This document shows, one piece after another, positions 27,608 to 37,573 of a stretch of 64,000 nucleotides of DNA. Made by a program: the position numbers and the translations under genes. The notes beneath the pieces were generated by a model. It saw only the letters and a list, made by a program, of their open reading frames with translations. It made no database searches and was not told the DNA's origin. The stretch lies in UHGV virus genome UHGV-2031204. One strand, 5' to 3'. Source of the stretch: a virus. Each line of letters opens with the position of its first letter. Position 1 is the stretch's first letter.

Positions 27608-27749
27608 TTACTAACTAATAAAGGGGGTGGCAGCAACACCCCCTACTTAGTTCAGTAGTTGTTTCCCGTTCATAATTAATAGCCTTCTGTTTTTTTTTGT
27701 TTTTCGAGACGCATAAGGGGTCATAAGGGGGAGCCGAAGCTCCCCAGAC

Positions 27750-29312
27750 TCAAAAGAGTTCGTCACCCATGCCGCCGGTAAATACGTTAATCGACGAGGC
27801 TGTTACAGTTTCTTCTTTATCACAATCCCATGGCAAAATGCCAACATCACGGAAAGGTATTACAGTATAATGATAAGCTTCTTTGGTATCAATAATGGTA
27901 CGGTGTTTACCGCGTTGTACTTCTAAATAGCTGTGTCCGCTGACGACACGTTTGTTAAAATACATCTCACCGTCAGCTTCGTTGTCTAAGCTAGAGCAGT
28001 TGTCGTAAAGACCACGACCAGGTAAGCTCTTACAGAAACTTGCTGGGTCGAGTGCTTTTAATTTTTTGCCTTCTGGTGAGATTTGGTGTGGTGCTAAGAG
28101 GAAACCACGATTACGTACCACTTGGATGTTTCGCGCGATACGATAAATTTCTTTAATGTCACTACCCGCAATACCGTTACCGTGCCCTGCTTTGCTGATA
28201 GTACCGAAATAGTCTCCGCGTATTCCAGCTACATGATAACCTCGACGTTTTAGATCTAAAATCAAATCATTCAAATAGTGAATTTTAAAATCGGAGTTTG
28301 TGTGTTTTTGGAAAATATACTCCCAACCGTTTGCCCGCATTTTACTACAGAGGTAATCTGACATTTGTGCATTGTGTAGCGCTTTTTCTTCGTCAGTTGC
28401 CGTTTCAGGTGCAACCATTACCGGAGCTGTACCTTCAAAGTGTCCGTAAAGTGCTTGATACGCGTAAGCCAAGTTAACATCTAATTCGTTTTCTAAACTT
28501 AAATCCAGAATAACCGGTTGTAAGTCACCTTTAACATTTGCCATCACCTTTTCTGGGGTGTTGAATACAGGAATGCTAATAGAGAGCAATAAACTGAATA
28601 ATGACTTACAGTTAAAGGGTAGTGCGGGCATTAGCCAGAGTTCTTCGGTGATCCCTTTGTTACAGCCAAGCATTTGGTTAATTGCTTTCCACCCCGTACG
28701 TAACCCATTACCTGCCGCTTTCTTACTGATAGAGTCGAATACATGTACGAAGGGTGCTTTATTGTCAGTAATCAATTCCCCTACCAGAGAAGGAATCTTA
28801 TTATGAGAGCGTTCACTGAACGTGGATAAGGTATCCTTAAGGTCGTTGAGCGCCGTTTGTAAATCAACACGCGTTTCAGTGCCGTTCAGTGCGCCTAACG
28901 TACGACCCAATTTTTGTTTCAGTTGTACGCCTTGAATAGCTTGACGTAACTGAAAGTAGTATTGTGCTACTTGGCGATTAAGATGCTCGATGCGTGCTTC
29001 TGGTTCTTCTGGAATATCATCTTCCAGGAATTTGGTAATCGTATCGTATAGAGGACGTATTTGCGTAGTGGCCAGTTTCAAACGTTTCATGACGTTTGTG
29101 TGGTCGTAAGGCATACCGCCGTCTATGATGGATGTGATGATATCCTTGATTTCGACGAGGGCGGCACGTTCGTCACCTTCTTCTGCGTAATCAGGAAGCT
29201 TAGCCTCTAACAGCACTTTTCTTATGATGTCGTGGTCCTTTTCAGGATCGGTCAGAAGACTTTCAGCGTATAATGTGGCTAAGGCGGTTATCAACATCAT
29301 TTTGTTATTCAT
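27750..29312 (-). CDS. hypothetical protein (520 aa) with hydrophobic N-terminus
   Basis: Long minus-strand ORF; N-terminal MNNKMMLITALATLYA; divergent from 29326 gene with 13 bp spacing. Confidence 0.55.
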   Translation of the reverse strand: MNNKMMLITALATLYAESLLTDPEKDHDIIRKVLLEAKLPDYAEEGDERAALVEIKDIITSIIDGGMPYDHTNVMKRLKLATTQIRPLYDTITKFLEDDIPEEPEARIEHLNRQVAQYYFQLRQAIQGVQLKQKLGRTLGALNGTETRVDLQTALNDLKDTLSTFSERSHNKIPSLVGELITDNKAPFVHVFDSISKKAAGNGLRTGWKAINQMLGCNKGITEELWLMPALPFNCKSLFSLLLSISIPVFNTPEKVMANVKGDLQPVILDLSLENELDVNLAYAYQALYGHFEGTAPVMVAPETATDEEKALHNAQMSDYLCSKMRANGWEYIFQKHTNSDFKIHYLNDLILDLKRRGYHVAGIRGDYFGTISKAGHGNGIAGSDIKEIYRIARNIQVVRNRGFLLAPHQISPEGKKLKALDPASFCKSLPGRGLYDNCSSLDNEADGEMYFNKRVVSGHSYLEVQRGKHRTIIDTKEAYHYTVIPFRDVGILPWDCDKEETVTASSINVFTGGMGDELF

Positions 29313-29325
29313 GGAGCATCCTTAA

Positions 29326-29850
29326 ATGCAAATTCGTTTTAGTCCACCGTGGGAAGTTCAACCTAACATAGATAAAGGCGCTGCCGTTAAAAGTATAGAA
29401 TTGCTCCAGGCAGGGTTCTTTAACTGGTTATATGACTGTCCGAATGGTTTCAGTTCTATTATCTTACCTGAAGTAAGTCGTTCTGCTATTTATAAAGCGT
29501 TAATGGCTCCGCCTGTGCTTCCAGGTAAATATTATGATCAGGTGTTACGTCTGGTCGAATCAGGCGAAAAGGTTTCCCTTGACGATTTATATGGGGAAAC
29601 AATTCCTTGTCGCGTACGTTGGGTGTTTACTCAACGTGGTGATACGATTGTGGCGTCATTTGCAGAAGCGAAGTCCGGTTCGGGTTTTTCTTCGGGTGAA
29701 GACCACGCTGCGAAAAAGATGTTCTGCGCAGAACTTTTTAAATATATGCGTACCAAGACTCGCGTCGTGGATGACTGCTTCAGTACCTCAACGCAGTTTG
29801 CCGCTAACGAAGTGCTGACGCAATTATACGCATGTCATTTATCTCATTAA
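29326..29850 (+). CDS. hypothetical protein
   Basis: 174 aa ORF with GGAG RBS. Confidence 0.55.
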   Translation: MQIRFSPPWEVQPNIDKGAAVKSIELLQAGFFNWLYDCPNGFSSIILPEVSRSAIYKALMAPPVLPGKYYDQVLRLVESGEKVSLDDLYGETIPCRVRWVFTQRGDTIVASFAEAKSGSGFSSGEDHAAKKMFCAELFKYMRTKTRVVDDCFSTSTQFAANEVLTQLYACHLSH

Positions 29851-29862
29851 GGTATTAAACAA

Positions 29863-32157
29863 ATGAAAGATACCCGAATCTCTAATCTGGAGAAACTCGT
29901 ACAAGCTGGTAACTCGCTGGTACAAAGCGTCATTAGTAACAACAGTGCTGGCGAAATGTGGAACACCATCGTTGCTGGTGAGTCTGTACGTAGCAACACG
30001 AAAGTTTTTGGTACCCTGCGTGACGATGCTGCACAGCACTACGCAAACGCGTTTGCTGGCGGTAAGAAAATGTCCCACGCTGCGGAAGTTGCTTCTGCAA
30101 TGATTCTGGGTGCTGCTGGTCACGGTATGGACCTGCAAGAAAAAGTAGCGCAAGAATACGCTAAGCCAGAATTCCATAGCCGTTTTAACCTGGACGTTGC
30201 GATTCCTGGTTCCCAAGCTGGTAACGGCGACTGGGGCAAAGAGCGTATGGTTGTTGCTCAGGAATACTACACCAACAAAGATTACGACAAAAACCTGGGT
30301 CTGACCTGGACGCTGAACGTACGTGCTCTGGAAACTCAGTCTCGTTTTGCTGAGACTCTGTTCCCGACCATCACCGTTGACACCAACGATGTTGGTATTA
30401 CCGTACGTACCAAAGTGACCACCGTTTCTCGTGGTGTCATGCACGCGTTACTGACCAAAGACGTTGTTGAAGATCATCGTCGTAACCTGCACGAAGCGCT
30501 GACTGACCACACCGTTCTTCAGGACGAAGCGATCAACATCGTTCCTTACGTAATGGAAACCGGTGAAAACGCTGAATACTTCGTAAGCGAAGATCTGGTA
30601 CCGAACGAATCTGTTCGTCTGGGCCGCGTACCTCCGTACCCGACTAACTACCTGAGCTTTGCTAAAGACACTCTGAACCTGTTCCAGCTGTCTGCGCATC
30701 CGGGTATCGTTCAGGAAGGTTACGACGAAACTGATGAAATCGCACCGGGTTGTGCTCTGGGCAGCCTGCTGATTTCCGTACGTAAACCGACCGAAGAAGC
30801 GAAAGCAGGTAAATTCATCAAACTGCACGTTCGTGACATGCAGTTCGCAACCTTCCAGCGTCCTGCTGAAGGTGATGGTCGTGAGCTGGTACTGCAATTC
30901 CGTCGTACTGCGTTCTCTCTGAATGCGAAAACTACCGACTGGAAAGGCGAAGCTATTCCGGCACTGAAATCACTGGAACAGAACTCCTACACCCTGCGTT
31001 ATGTGATCACCATCAACATGTCTCTGTTCACTACCGGTCAGTTCGGTGGCAAAGTTGACATCGCTGGTCACAAACTGGAAATCGAAGGTCTGTACGACGC
31101 TACCGGTAACAAAGTTGATACCAAATCTGGTACCGGCAAAGTTATCCTGGACGGTCTGAAACTTGAACTGATGGGCTGGCGCTTCGATGGTACTCGTACC
31201 AACGAAAACCGTCGTACCCAGGGTCTGCTGCTCGACCCAATCTGGGAACAAGAAAACTACAAGCTGCAATACGGTTCTCCGATTCTGACCAAGTCTCCGG
31301 TTGGCGTTGAATACGACGATACCGAACGTCTGGACGACCTGATTTCCGCAGTTAACATCCGTAACGAACAGCTGGCTATCACTCAGACGCTGTCTTACAC
31401 CGAAGCGGTACGTAACGCTGCTGCAAGCATGATCACTCCGTGGGACAAACCGGCCATTCGTGGTCTGGGCCGTCACTGGGTTGCTCCGTGGTTCAAAGAG
31501 TCTGACTACAACGTTGATGAAGTTGTACAGTCCCTGGATACCAAAGATGCACTGATCAACGCTCGTCAGGGCCTGGTACAGCGTATCGGTAATCAGGTAA
31601 CTCAGGCTATCCAGGAATCTCGCTTCATTCCTGCGCTGCGTCTGTACACTGCCGATCCGGACATTCTGCCGAAAGTTGTTATTGCAACTGACGAACCGAC
31701 TGCATCTATGCTGCTGCTGGTACAGGGCGACCAACGTCTGCTGGGCGATCGCTACGAATACGAAGTGATCACCACCAACGATGACCGCTGGCGTATCTAC
31801 AACGCAGCTGACGGTTCCTGGACTCGTCGTCTGCAATGGTTCCTGAAAGTTCCGACTGCGGACGATGGTTCCTACAACGTGCTGAACTGGGGTAACCACT
31901 TCTGGTCTCCGATCATGGTTACCAACATCAACATTCAGCGTAACGGTTCTACCTCTAAAGAGCTGGCCGTACAGCCGCGTAACGCGCACATCTGCCACTG
32001 CCCGATCACTGGTCTGATCTGGGTTAAAGGCATCACCAAACTGGTTGAAGAAAAACTGGCTTACAATGTTTCTGTTGAACAGAACGGTCAGAAACAAACC
32101 GAAGGTGGTGTAGCAGGTAACGTTGCTGGCGAAGGCAAAGCTGCTGCTGGTAAGTAA
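29863..32157 (+). CDS. candidate major capsid protein (jumbo-phage type, 764 aa)
   Basis: Strongest codon bias in window, producing a large antisense shadow ORF; size like phiKZ-type capsid proteins; followed by strong terminator; no direct homology check possible. Confidence 0.45.
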   Translation: MKDTRISNLEKLVQAGNSLVQSVISNNSAGEMWNTIVAGESVRSNTKVFGTLRDDAAQHYANAFAGGKKMSHAAEVASAMILGAAGHGMDLQEKVAQEYAKPEFHSRFNLDVAIPGSQAGNGDWGKERMVVAQEYYTNKDYDKNLGLTWTLNVRALETQSRFAETLFPTITVDTNDVGITVRTKVTTVSRGVMHALLTKDVVEDHRRNLHEALTDHTVLQDEAINIVPYVMETGENAEYFVSEDLVPNESVRLGRVPPYPTNYLSFAKDTLNLFQLSAHPGIVQEGYDETDEIAPGCALGSLLISVRKPTEEAKAGKFIKLHVRDMQFATFQRPAEGDGRELVLQFRRTAFSLNAKTTDWKGEAIPALKSLEQNSYTLRYVITINMSLFTTGQFGGKVDIAGHKLEIEGLYDATGNKVDTKSGTGKVILDGLKLELMGWRFDGTRTNENRRTQGLLLDPIWEQENYKLQYGSPILTKSPVGVEYDDTERLDDLISAVNIRNEQLAITQTLSYTEAVRNAAASMITPWDKPAIRGLGRHWVAPWFKESDYNVDEVVQSLDTKDALINARQGLVQRIGNQVTQAIQESRFIPALRLYTADPDILPKVVIATDEPTASMLLLVQGDQRLLGDRYEYEVITTNDDRWRIYNAADGSWTRRLQWFLKVPTADDGSYNVLNWGNHFWSPIMVTNINIQRNGSTSKELAVQPRNAHICHCPITGLIWVKGITKLVEEKLAYNVSVEQNGQKQTEGGVAGNVAGEGKAAAGK

Positions 32158-32172
32158 TCTTGCTTAAAAAGA

Positions 32173-32215
32173 GTCTAAGCCCTTCGGGGCTTAGACCTTT
32201 TATTTTTTTTTCTTT
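32173..32215 (+). terminator. rho-independent terminator after candidate capsid gene
   Basis: GTCTAAGCCC-TTCG-GGGCTTAGAC then long T-run. Confidence 0.75.
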
Positions 32216-32227
32216 CTATTATTTTTT

Positions 32228-32250
32228 GGATAGATATTATTAAAGGGAGA
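32228..32250 (+). promoter_or_regulatory. possible diverged copy of promoter-like motif
   Basis: GATAGATATTATTAAAGGGAGA after terminator 32173-32215. Confidence 0.3.
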
Positions 32251-32339
32251 CGGCCAGTTGGTTTTAAAGGAGTATGTATGGAAAAAATACAGTTTAAACT
32301 AAAGATATGTGTCATCATTAAAATTTAGCTTGGGTTCCC

Positions 32340-33350
32340 ATGAAACGTCTTGATATTGATGTGGTGCCCAGTATCTCTGAACGCTCGTTATGTCAAACGT
32401 CTGGATTGAGGAAACTTGTTACGTTTGAAAATAACACTGGCGTGCCTATCCACGTCACTGAAACCAGTGGCGGTAGCTTTATTTTAAATGCTTCGAAAAA
32501 CCCCGCTGATGAGCATGGGGTTATCGTTTACGTGACGTATCAATCATACGGAAGATGCGCGAATCTCAATGGGTTTGCTGAACTGATGCCGGGAAAACAG
32601 TTTTCTCGCTTTTGCGACCAATTGAAAGAAAAAGGGGAGGTAACGTTAGAGTATGCAGTAAACGACGTTGGTGCGTTGCTGCGAGGAGATTTGGTTGTAC
32701 TAAAGCAGTTAGGCTTTGCTTTCTCAACAACACCGATACGCTTAGATAGTAAACCCCCAACTATGCGCCCTGGAGGTGAGCGCACTGAATTTACATTGGG
32801 TGTTGTTGTTGTGCAACGCTACGACGAGCCCGACAATTATCGGTGGCTACGTTTCTACGGTACGAAAATGAAAATCGAACCAATAACGTCACGCTATTAT
32901 GAACCGGGCGTTTACATGATAATAGGAGGTGGAACGAGGGTGGAAGGGAGTCGAATGATTCATTTTGAATTTGACGACATTACTTCACCGTTTAGATTAT
33001 TTAAGGATGAGGCAGCGGCGGACGCGTTTCGATGGCAAGAAGCAGTTCCCGGTCTCTTTGAGATTAAGCAGCGTTTAGAAGAGCAGTACAAAGAAAAATT
33101 AGAAAGCTTGGATTCGGCAAAAGACAAGTTAGAATTGGAACACAAGAAACAACTACAGAGCATGGCTTTAGAAAAGGAGCGATTGACTTTAGCATTCAAG
33201 CAACAGGAATTGGAAGCGAAGTCACGGGCTGAGGCGCGTAAAGAATTCTACGAGACGCGTTCTTACATTCGTAAGGACGGCTCAGACCTATTTAAATCTG
33301 TCCCTGCGTATTTGGCGGCGGGTGTCGCATTTATAGGGATGCTAACGTAA
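32340..33350 (+). CDS. hypothetical protein with coiled-coil region and C-terminal hydrophobic segment
   Basis: E/K/L-rich heptad-like stretch near residues 240-300; C-terminal VPAYLAAGVAFIGML; weak RBS. Confidence 0.5.
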   Translation: MKRLDIDVVPSISERSLCQTSGLRKLVTFENNTGVPIHVTETSGGSFILNASKNPADEHGVIVYVTYQSYGRCANLNGFAELMPGKQFSRFCDQLKEKGEVTLEYAVNDVGALLRGDLVVLKQLGFAFSTTPIRLDSKPPTMRPGGERTEFTLGVVVVQRYDEPDNYRWLRFYGTKMKIEPITSRYYEPGVYMIIGGGTRVEGSRMIHFEFDDITSPFRLFKDEAAADAFRWQEAVPGLFEIKQRLEEQYKEKLESLDSAKDKLELEHKKQLQSMALEKERLTLAFKQQELEAKSRAEARKEFYETRSYIRKDGSDLFKSVPAYLAAGVAFIGMLT

Positions 33351-33360
33351 GGAGCATGGC

Positions 33361-35136
33361 GTGTTTAAAGATGCAATCAAAAAGCTTAAAGAGAATGGTA
33401 AAATAGTACCCTTTAACCGTGCGATTGCGGAAGGAGTCGGTTATACACAAGCCAAAGATGGTATTCACGATCGTGTACATCGTATCTTGAAACGTGAGCT
33501 AGATTACCATCCTGTAGAGAACCCTCGTGTTCCTGAAGGTTTGGCCGTGTTGGGTGTTCGTTTAATGTCGCCGTTCGAAACTTTTATCTATAAGCTGTCT
33601 CGTTCAGAGAGCAGCAGGATGGATAAGCGTCGTGGGGTGATGTCAATCGCGAATACAGATGCGTATATGGTCATGTCGTCGTTCCGTATTCCTGGAGACT
33701 CAAGACCAATCTCAAGACCGATTAACTTGCCATTCATTCGTCGTGGTGGGTTGATGAACTATTACGGAACAACGTATCATGTTGCACCTGTTATTCATCA
33801 GCCGGGTATCTGTCGTGAGCACGGCGGGGTGTTTGTTAATTTTGACTTTAAACGTAAAGCGTCATTAAAATTCTGTAAGCACCCGGTACGGATTTTAGTG
33901 AATGGGAAGAAAGAAGAGTTGTTCTTACCCGGAACAAACAATTTGTTTAAAGCCAAAAACGCCACACATCCTGATACGGACGAAAAGCCGTTAATGTACT
34001 GGCTATTCGGACGTTATGGATTTAAGGAAGCCATCAAACGTTATACCGGCGTGGATGTAGAGATATATCCTGCATTCAAAGTACCTGAAATCGATCTCGA
34101 TAAAAAAGTAGTAATCAGTTCAGGTGAGCCTAAACATAATCGGTCGATTATGTACGTAGTGACGGTTCCTGCAGAGGCTTTACCAAATCTCGATAAAGCG
34201 GGATGGGATCAAAACGAGCACTTATTACTCGTGGCGATTTCTGCATTCTTTAAAGCAGCGCACTATTATTGCGGAAAGCAAGCGATTAAAAACGGCAACG
34301 TTGTTCCTTTACCGCCGTTGTTTACCGCGATTAACGAACTTGCAATGGAGGACGATGTTGTAAACCTGAATTCCTCCGCAATTTGGCGGGAGATTTTGGG
34401 GAGAAGTATTGTTGGACTTAAACCGTCCGATATTGAACTGGCGCACAGCATGACGAAACACTATACGGAGTGTGAACGCTACGTTAACTCAACATTCCGT
34501 GGTGAGTTAATGATGTCAGATCCCGATATCCCGGACGATATGGATATGTTTGATTTCTTCTGGTACGCGACGAAGTTGATGGTGAGAACGCGCCTTACGA
34601 AACAAGGTGATATTCCGTCAATGTATGGAAAACGTCTGACCGTAACAGATTACCTGTTATTGGGTGAACGTGGCTTTACACCTACCATCGCTGCGATTCG
34701 TTTCCACTTGGGACAAACGGAAAATCGAACACCGGAGTCTTGTGCGAACATGATACGCAGTGCGTTGAATAAAGACATTGTAACCAGCCTGGTATTACGC
34801 AACATTACCGGCAATGGCGGTGTAAGTTATTTCAACGCTTCTACTGAGTCTATGGTGCTGGGGGTTTCAACCCATGCTATCAGCCAGACAGAAACAGAAT
34901 CAAAACGTAACAGCAAGGGCGGTAAGACGGTTAACCTTAATGACCGGACAAAACATGCCTCTGCATCTCATCTGGAATGTGGTAACGTGTATTACATTCC
35001 GAAGTCATCACCGTTCAAATCGGGTATTCTCAATCCGTATATGAAGACGAACACCCAACTGGTGATGGTACGTAATCCAAAACTCAACGAGTTGATCCAA
35101 GCAACCGAAGAAGACATTGCGAAGATTGGCCGTTAA
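33361..35136 (+). CDS. hypothetical protein
   Basis: 591 aa ORF, GTG start with AGGAG RBS. Confidence 0.5.
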   Translation: MFKDAIKKLKENGKIVPFNRAIAEGVGYTQAKDGIHDRVHRILKRELDYHPVENPRVPEGLAVLGVRLMSPFETFIYKLSRSESSRMDKRRGVMSIANTDAYMVMSSFRIPGDSRPISRPINLPFIRRGGLMNYYGTTYHVAPVIHQPGICREHGGVFVNFDFKRKASLKFCKHPVRILVNGKKEELFLPGTNNLFKAKNATHPDTDEKPLMYWLFGRYGFKEAIKRYTGVDVEIYPAFKVPEIDLDKKVVISSGEPKHNRSIMYVVTVPAEALPNLDKAGWDQNEHLLLVAISAFFKAAHYYCGKQAIKNGNVVPLPPLFTAINELAMEDDVVNLNSSAIWREILGRSIVGLKPSDIELAHSMTKHYTECERYVNSTFRGELMMSDPDIPDDMDMFDFFWYATKLMVRTRLTKQGDIPSMYGKRLTVTDYLLLGERGFTPTIAAIRFHLGQTENRTPESCANMIRSALNKDIVTSLVLRNITGNGGVSYFNASTESMVLGVSTHAISQTETESKRNSKGGKTVNLNDRTKHASASHLECGNVYYIPKSSPFKSGILNPYMKTNTQLVMVRNPKLNELIQATEEDIAKIGR

Positions 35137-35175
35137 CGAATTAAATTATAGAAAAGACGTAACAGGAGTATAATA

Positions 35176-36828
35176 ATGGCAACTGTCAATAAAGACGTAA
35201 TTCGTAACCACATCTATAGCACGATCTCCAGTGGTCGTGATGAACTTTTATCGTATCTTTGTAATCAAGCACGTGCTGCTGGATTGAATGACGACAAATA
35301 CATGGATAATGCCGTTACCGTCGCCACGTGGTTTGTATACAACCGTCGTCCAGATAACGAAACTGCATCGGCGATTCTGGCAACTTTTAAATCGACGCTG
35401 TATAGTGACTTACTGGGGCGTGGTATGCAGCCATTGGACCCGCGTATTCACAGCCAGCTGGAACAGGAATTCCGTACGGCAAATCAGTATGCGGTACAAG
35501 CTAAACAGCTTATGGCGCAATCGAGCACTTTTGGTGGCCCAGCAATGGGTGGGTCTCCGAGCTTAGCGATGCCTGCGTCTGGCTTCCCAGGCAACGGCTA
35601 TGGTAGTCCACAACCAGCACCAGCGGTACAAGGGGGTTCTATCCCAATGTCAACTTACGATCCGCGCACAGCGGCACAGAAGCAAACAGCGCAACCGCAA
35701 GGTAACTTCGGCCAGCCAGCACAACAACCAGCACAACAACCCGTGCAACAGGTACAGCCTAAACCGACTGTTTCGCAGTCTATGGTGGAAGCTAACAAGC
35801 CGCGTGAGCTCGACGAGAAAACTATCGAAGAACTTGTCGAACGTTACAATAAACCTATCATCGATCATTTCCGGGTGGAAATTGTGGAAGACTATTTAGA
35901 TCACGAACTTAGAGAACAGATTAAGAAAAATATTCTTACGCCGAAAGAACTCAATGAACGCATCAAAAATTCACCGTATTCTAGCCATCACAATTGGTCA
36001 GAAAAGGTTGACGAAATCATCGATAATGAAGACGTCGATTATTGCGTTTATGATGAAGCGGATGTGATGGTGAAAACCGAAAGCGAGTATAAATTGTTCC
36101 CGATGGTGAGTACGGATTCGAGCAAAACTTACCTTCAAGAATTTTATACTGCCGCCCGCCAGGCAATCGACGGTATCGAAGATATTCGCGATATTGACGA
36201 TCCGGAAGAAATGCTGAAGCGTACGATCGATGAGGTGTTCCGCATCCGTAAAATGTCTGAACGCCTACTGCAATATTTCAATACTCAGGCAGAAGAGCCG
36301 GATACATTGAAACAAAGCTGTGTGGAGTTTTGTCAGCAGTTTAACGCAACGCTCACTGTTTTGGTTCATAACGCGATTTCTGTTGCGACAAACTACGGTA
36401 AAGGAATCCCAGGTACGAAATTTGTACAATTCGATTGTAACTTAAGCGATCTCGAATACTTCCGTGACACGCTGTTCCCGCGCACTATCGGTGAAAATGG
36501 TGTAACCACGGCTGCGGATTTCTTCCGCGAACTGTGCTTGCTGGTTGCACGTTCTGTTCGTAAGCTGCATTTCCGTCTGAAATCTAACGATCGTGCTATT
36601 GAAATTTGCCGCGTAACTTACACTATCCAACTACCTGCGGATTACCCGTCTGCAAAAGGTCGCAATATCGTAGAGATTTCCTCCTTCGGTAATGCGTTTG
36701 AACCTATTGTCGGTATCTATGAAGCAATTAACCAACGCGCACCTGAAGCTATTGTGAAGCTGGCTACCCCGTCGGCATCCTATACACTGCTTAGCAATGG
36801 TGAAATTACCGCACCGGTGCGTTACTAA
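35176..36828 (+). CDS. hypothetical protein with Q/P/A-rich low-complexity linker
   Basis: 550 aa; linker ...GSPQPAPAVQGG...QPAQQPAQQPVQQVQPKP around residues 130-200. Confidence 0.55.
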   Translation: MATVNKDVIRNHIYSTISSGRDELLSYLCNQARAAGLNDDKYMDNAVTVATWFVYNRRPDNETASAILATFKSTLYSDLLGRGMQPLDPRIHSQLEQEFRTANQYAVQAKQLMAQSSTFGGPAMGGSPSLAMPASGFPGNGYGSPQPAPAVQGGSIPMSTYDPRTAAQKQTAQPQGNFGQPAQQPAQQPVQQVQPKPTVSQSMVEANKPRELDEKTIEELVERYNKPIIDHFRVEIVEDYLDHELREQIKKNILTPKELNERIKNSPYSSHHNWSEKVDEIIDNEDVDYCVYDEADVMVKTESEYKLFPMVSTDSSKTYLQEFYTAARQAIDGIEDIRDIDDPEEMLKRTIDEVFRIRKMSERLLQYFNTQAEEPDTLKQSCVEFCQQFNATLTVLVHNAISVATNYGKGIPGTKFVQFDCNLSDLEYFRDTLFPRTIGENGVTTAADFFRELCLLVARSVRKLHFRLKSNDRAIEICRVTYTIQLPADYPSAKGRNIVEISSFGNAFEPIVGIYEAINQRAPEAIVKLATPSASYTLLSNGEITAPVRY

Positions 36829-36872
36829 GGGGCTTCGTGCCCCCTAATCTATAGACACCACAGGACAGTATC

Positions 36873-37121
36873 ATGGCAGCCTATGTTGATTACAGTAATA
36901 CAAAAATTGAGTTAAAGGAGATTGATACCGCCGCTCGTTTAAAGCAACAGCTTAATCTGGAGTTATACCAACTCCAAGTTCGGATGCACGAACGCGAACA
37001 GTTCATTGAAAAACGCCCAATTTTCATTGACGATCGCCAAGTGAAACTGATCACTGCGGAACTGGAGGTAATGGCCGCAGAGAAGTTGTTGTTAGAAGAA
37101 CGTATTGCCGCTATTGTCTAA
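36873..37121 (+). CDS. hypothetical small coiled-coil protein
   Basis: 82 aa; followed by terminator 37131-37164. Confidence 0.5.
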   Translation: MAAYVDYSNTKIELKEIDTAARLKQQLNLELYQLQVRMHEREQFIEKRPIFIDDRQVKLITAELEVMAAEKLLLEERIAAIV

Positions 37122-37130
37122 TCGCCCCAC

Positions 37131-37164
37131 AGGAGAGCTTCGGCTCTCCTCCTTTATTTTTATT
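37131..37164 (+). terminator. rho-independent terminator
   Basis: AGGAGAGC-TTCG-GCTCTCCT then T-run. Confidence 0.7.
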
Positions 37165-37208
37165 CCCCAATTTATTATAGCCGCCCACTATAGTGAGGGA
37201 ATGAGGAA

Positions 37209-37508
37209 ATGATTAAATATGTCGTTATTAATGTAGACTACGAACGTAGCCCACGTTTTCGTTTTGAGTTACCTGAAACCAAAGCAACCATGGAGTTTAA
37301 TCGCTACTTATTAGAGCATTCAAACACCAAAATCAATCACGGTAGATACTGGCTTATCTACTATAATGCCCGCAATGAGCTACTGAAAGCCGTCAAGAAA
37401 TCAGGTCAGTCGGAACTGTTAGCGAAACTGACGGCGTTTGATAACGATCCCTTAGCAATAGGAGTGATGCTAGACCTTGCTATTAAGAAAGACGAGATAG
37501 CGTGGTGA
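37209..37508 (+). CDS. hypothetical protein
   Basis: 99 aa ORF with GAGGGA RBS. Confidence 0.5.
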   Translation: MIKYVVINVDYERSPRFRFELPETKATMEFNRYLLEHSNTKINHGRYWLIYYNARNELLKAVKKSGQSELLAKLTAFDNDPLAIGVMLDLAIKKDEIAW

Positions 37509-37568
37509 AAAAAAGAAAAGCCACTCCGACCCCAGAAGGGTCGGAGTAAGCTCGAATTATTTTTTTTT
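37508..37568. terminator. bidirectional terminator between convergent genes (best fit for minus strand)
   Basis: CTCCGACCC/GGGTCGGAG stem with A-run upstream (T-run on minus strand) and T-run downstream. Confidence 0.6.
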
Positions 37569-37573
37569 GCTAT

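Larger units (their letters stand above)
26800..27660 (+). repeat. tandem array of three diverged small-ORF-plus-hairpin modules
   Basis: Repeated blocks: CACCGAAAGGAGAAGTAACTACTAA / CACCGAAAAGAGGAGTGAACACTACTAA / TGTAAGGAGATAAGTTACTAACTAA, each followed by AATAAAG plus GC hairpin; repeated TTAACTTTTCGAAAAGAGAAGTTAA hairpin at 26929-26956 and 27329-27354. Confidence 0.6.

Noticed and set aside
26800-27660. Possible CRISPR array suggested by the repeated units
   Set aside because: The repeats are diverged rather than identical, irregularly spaced, contain RBS-led small ORFs and terminator-like hairpins, and have no adjacent cas genes.
32275-32329. Mini-ORF (about 16 aa) between capsid terminator and gene 32340
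   Set aside because: Too short and no conservation evidence; may only reflect the weak RBS context of gene 32340.
37176-37200. T7-promoter-like sequence CCGCCCACTATAGTGAGGGA
   Set aside because: It is a single occurrence that overlaps the RBS region of gene 37209 and has no second copy, so it is probably chance resemblance; the recurrent TATATTAC-type motif is the better promoter candidate.
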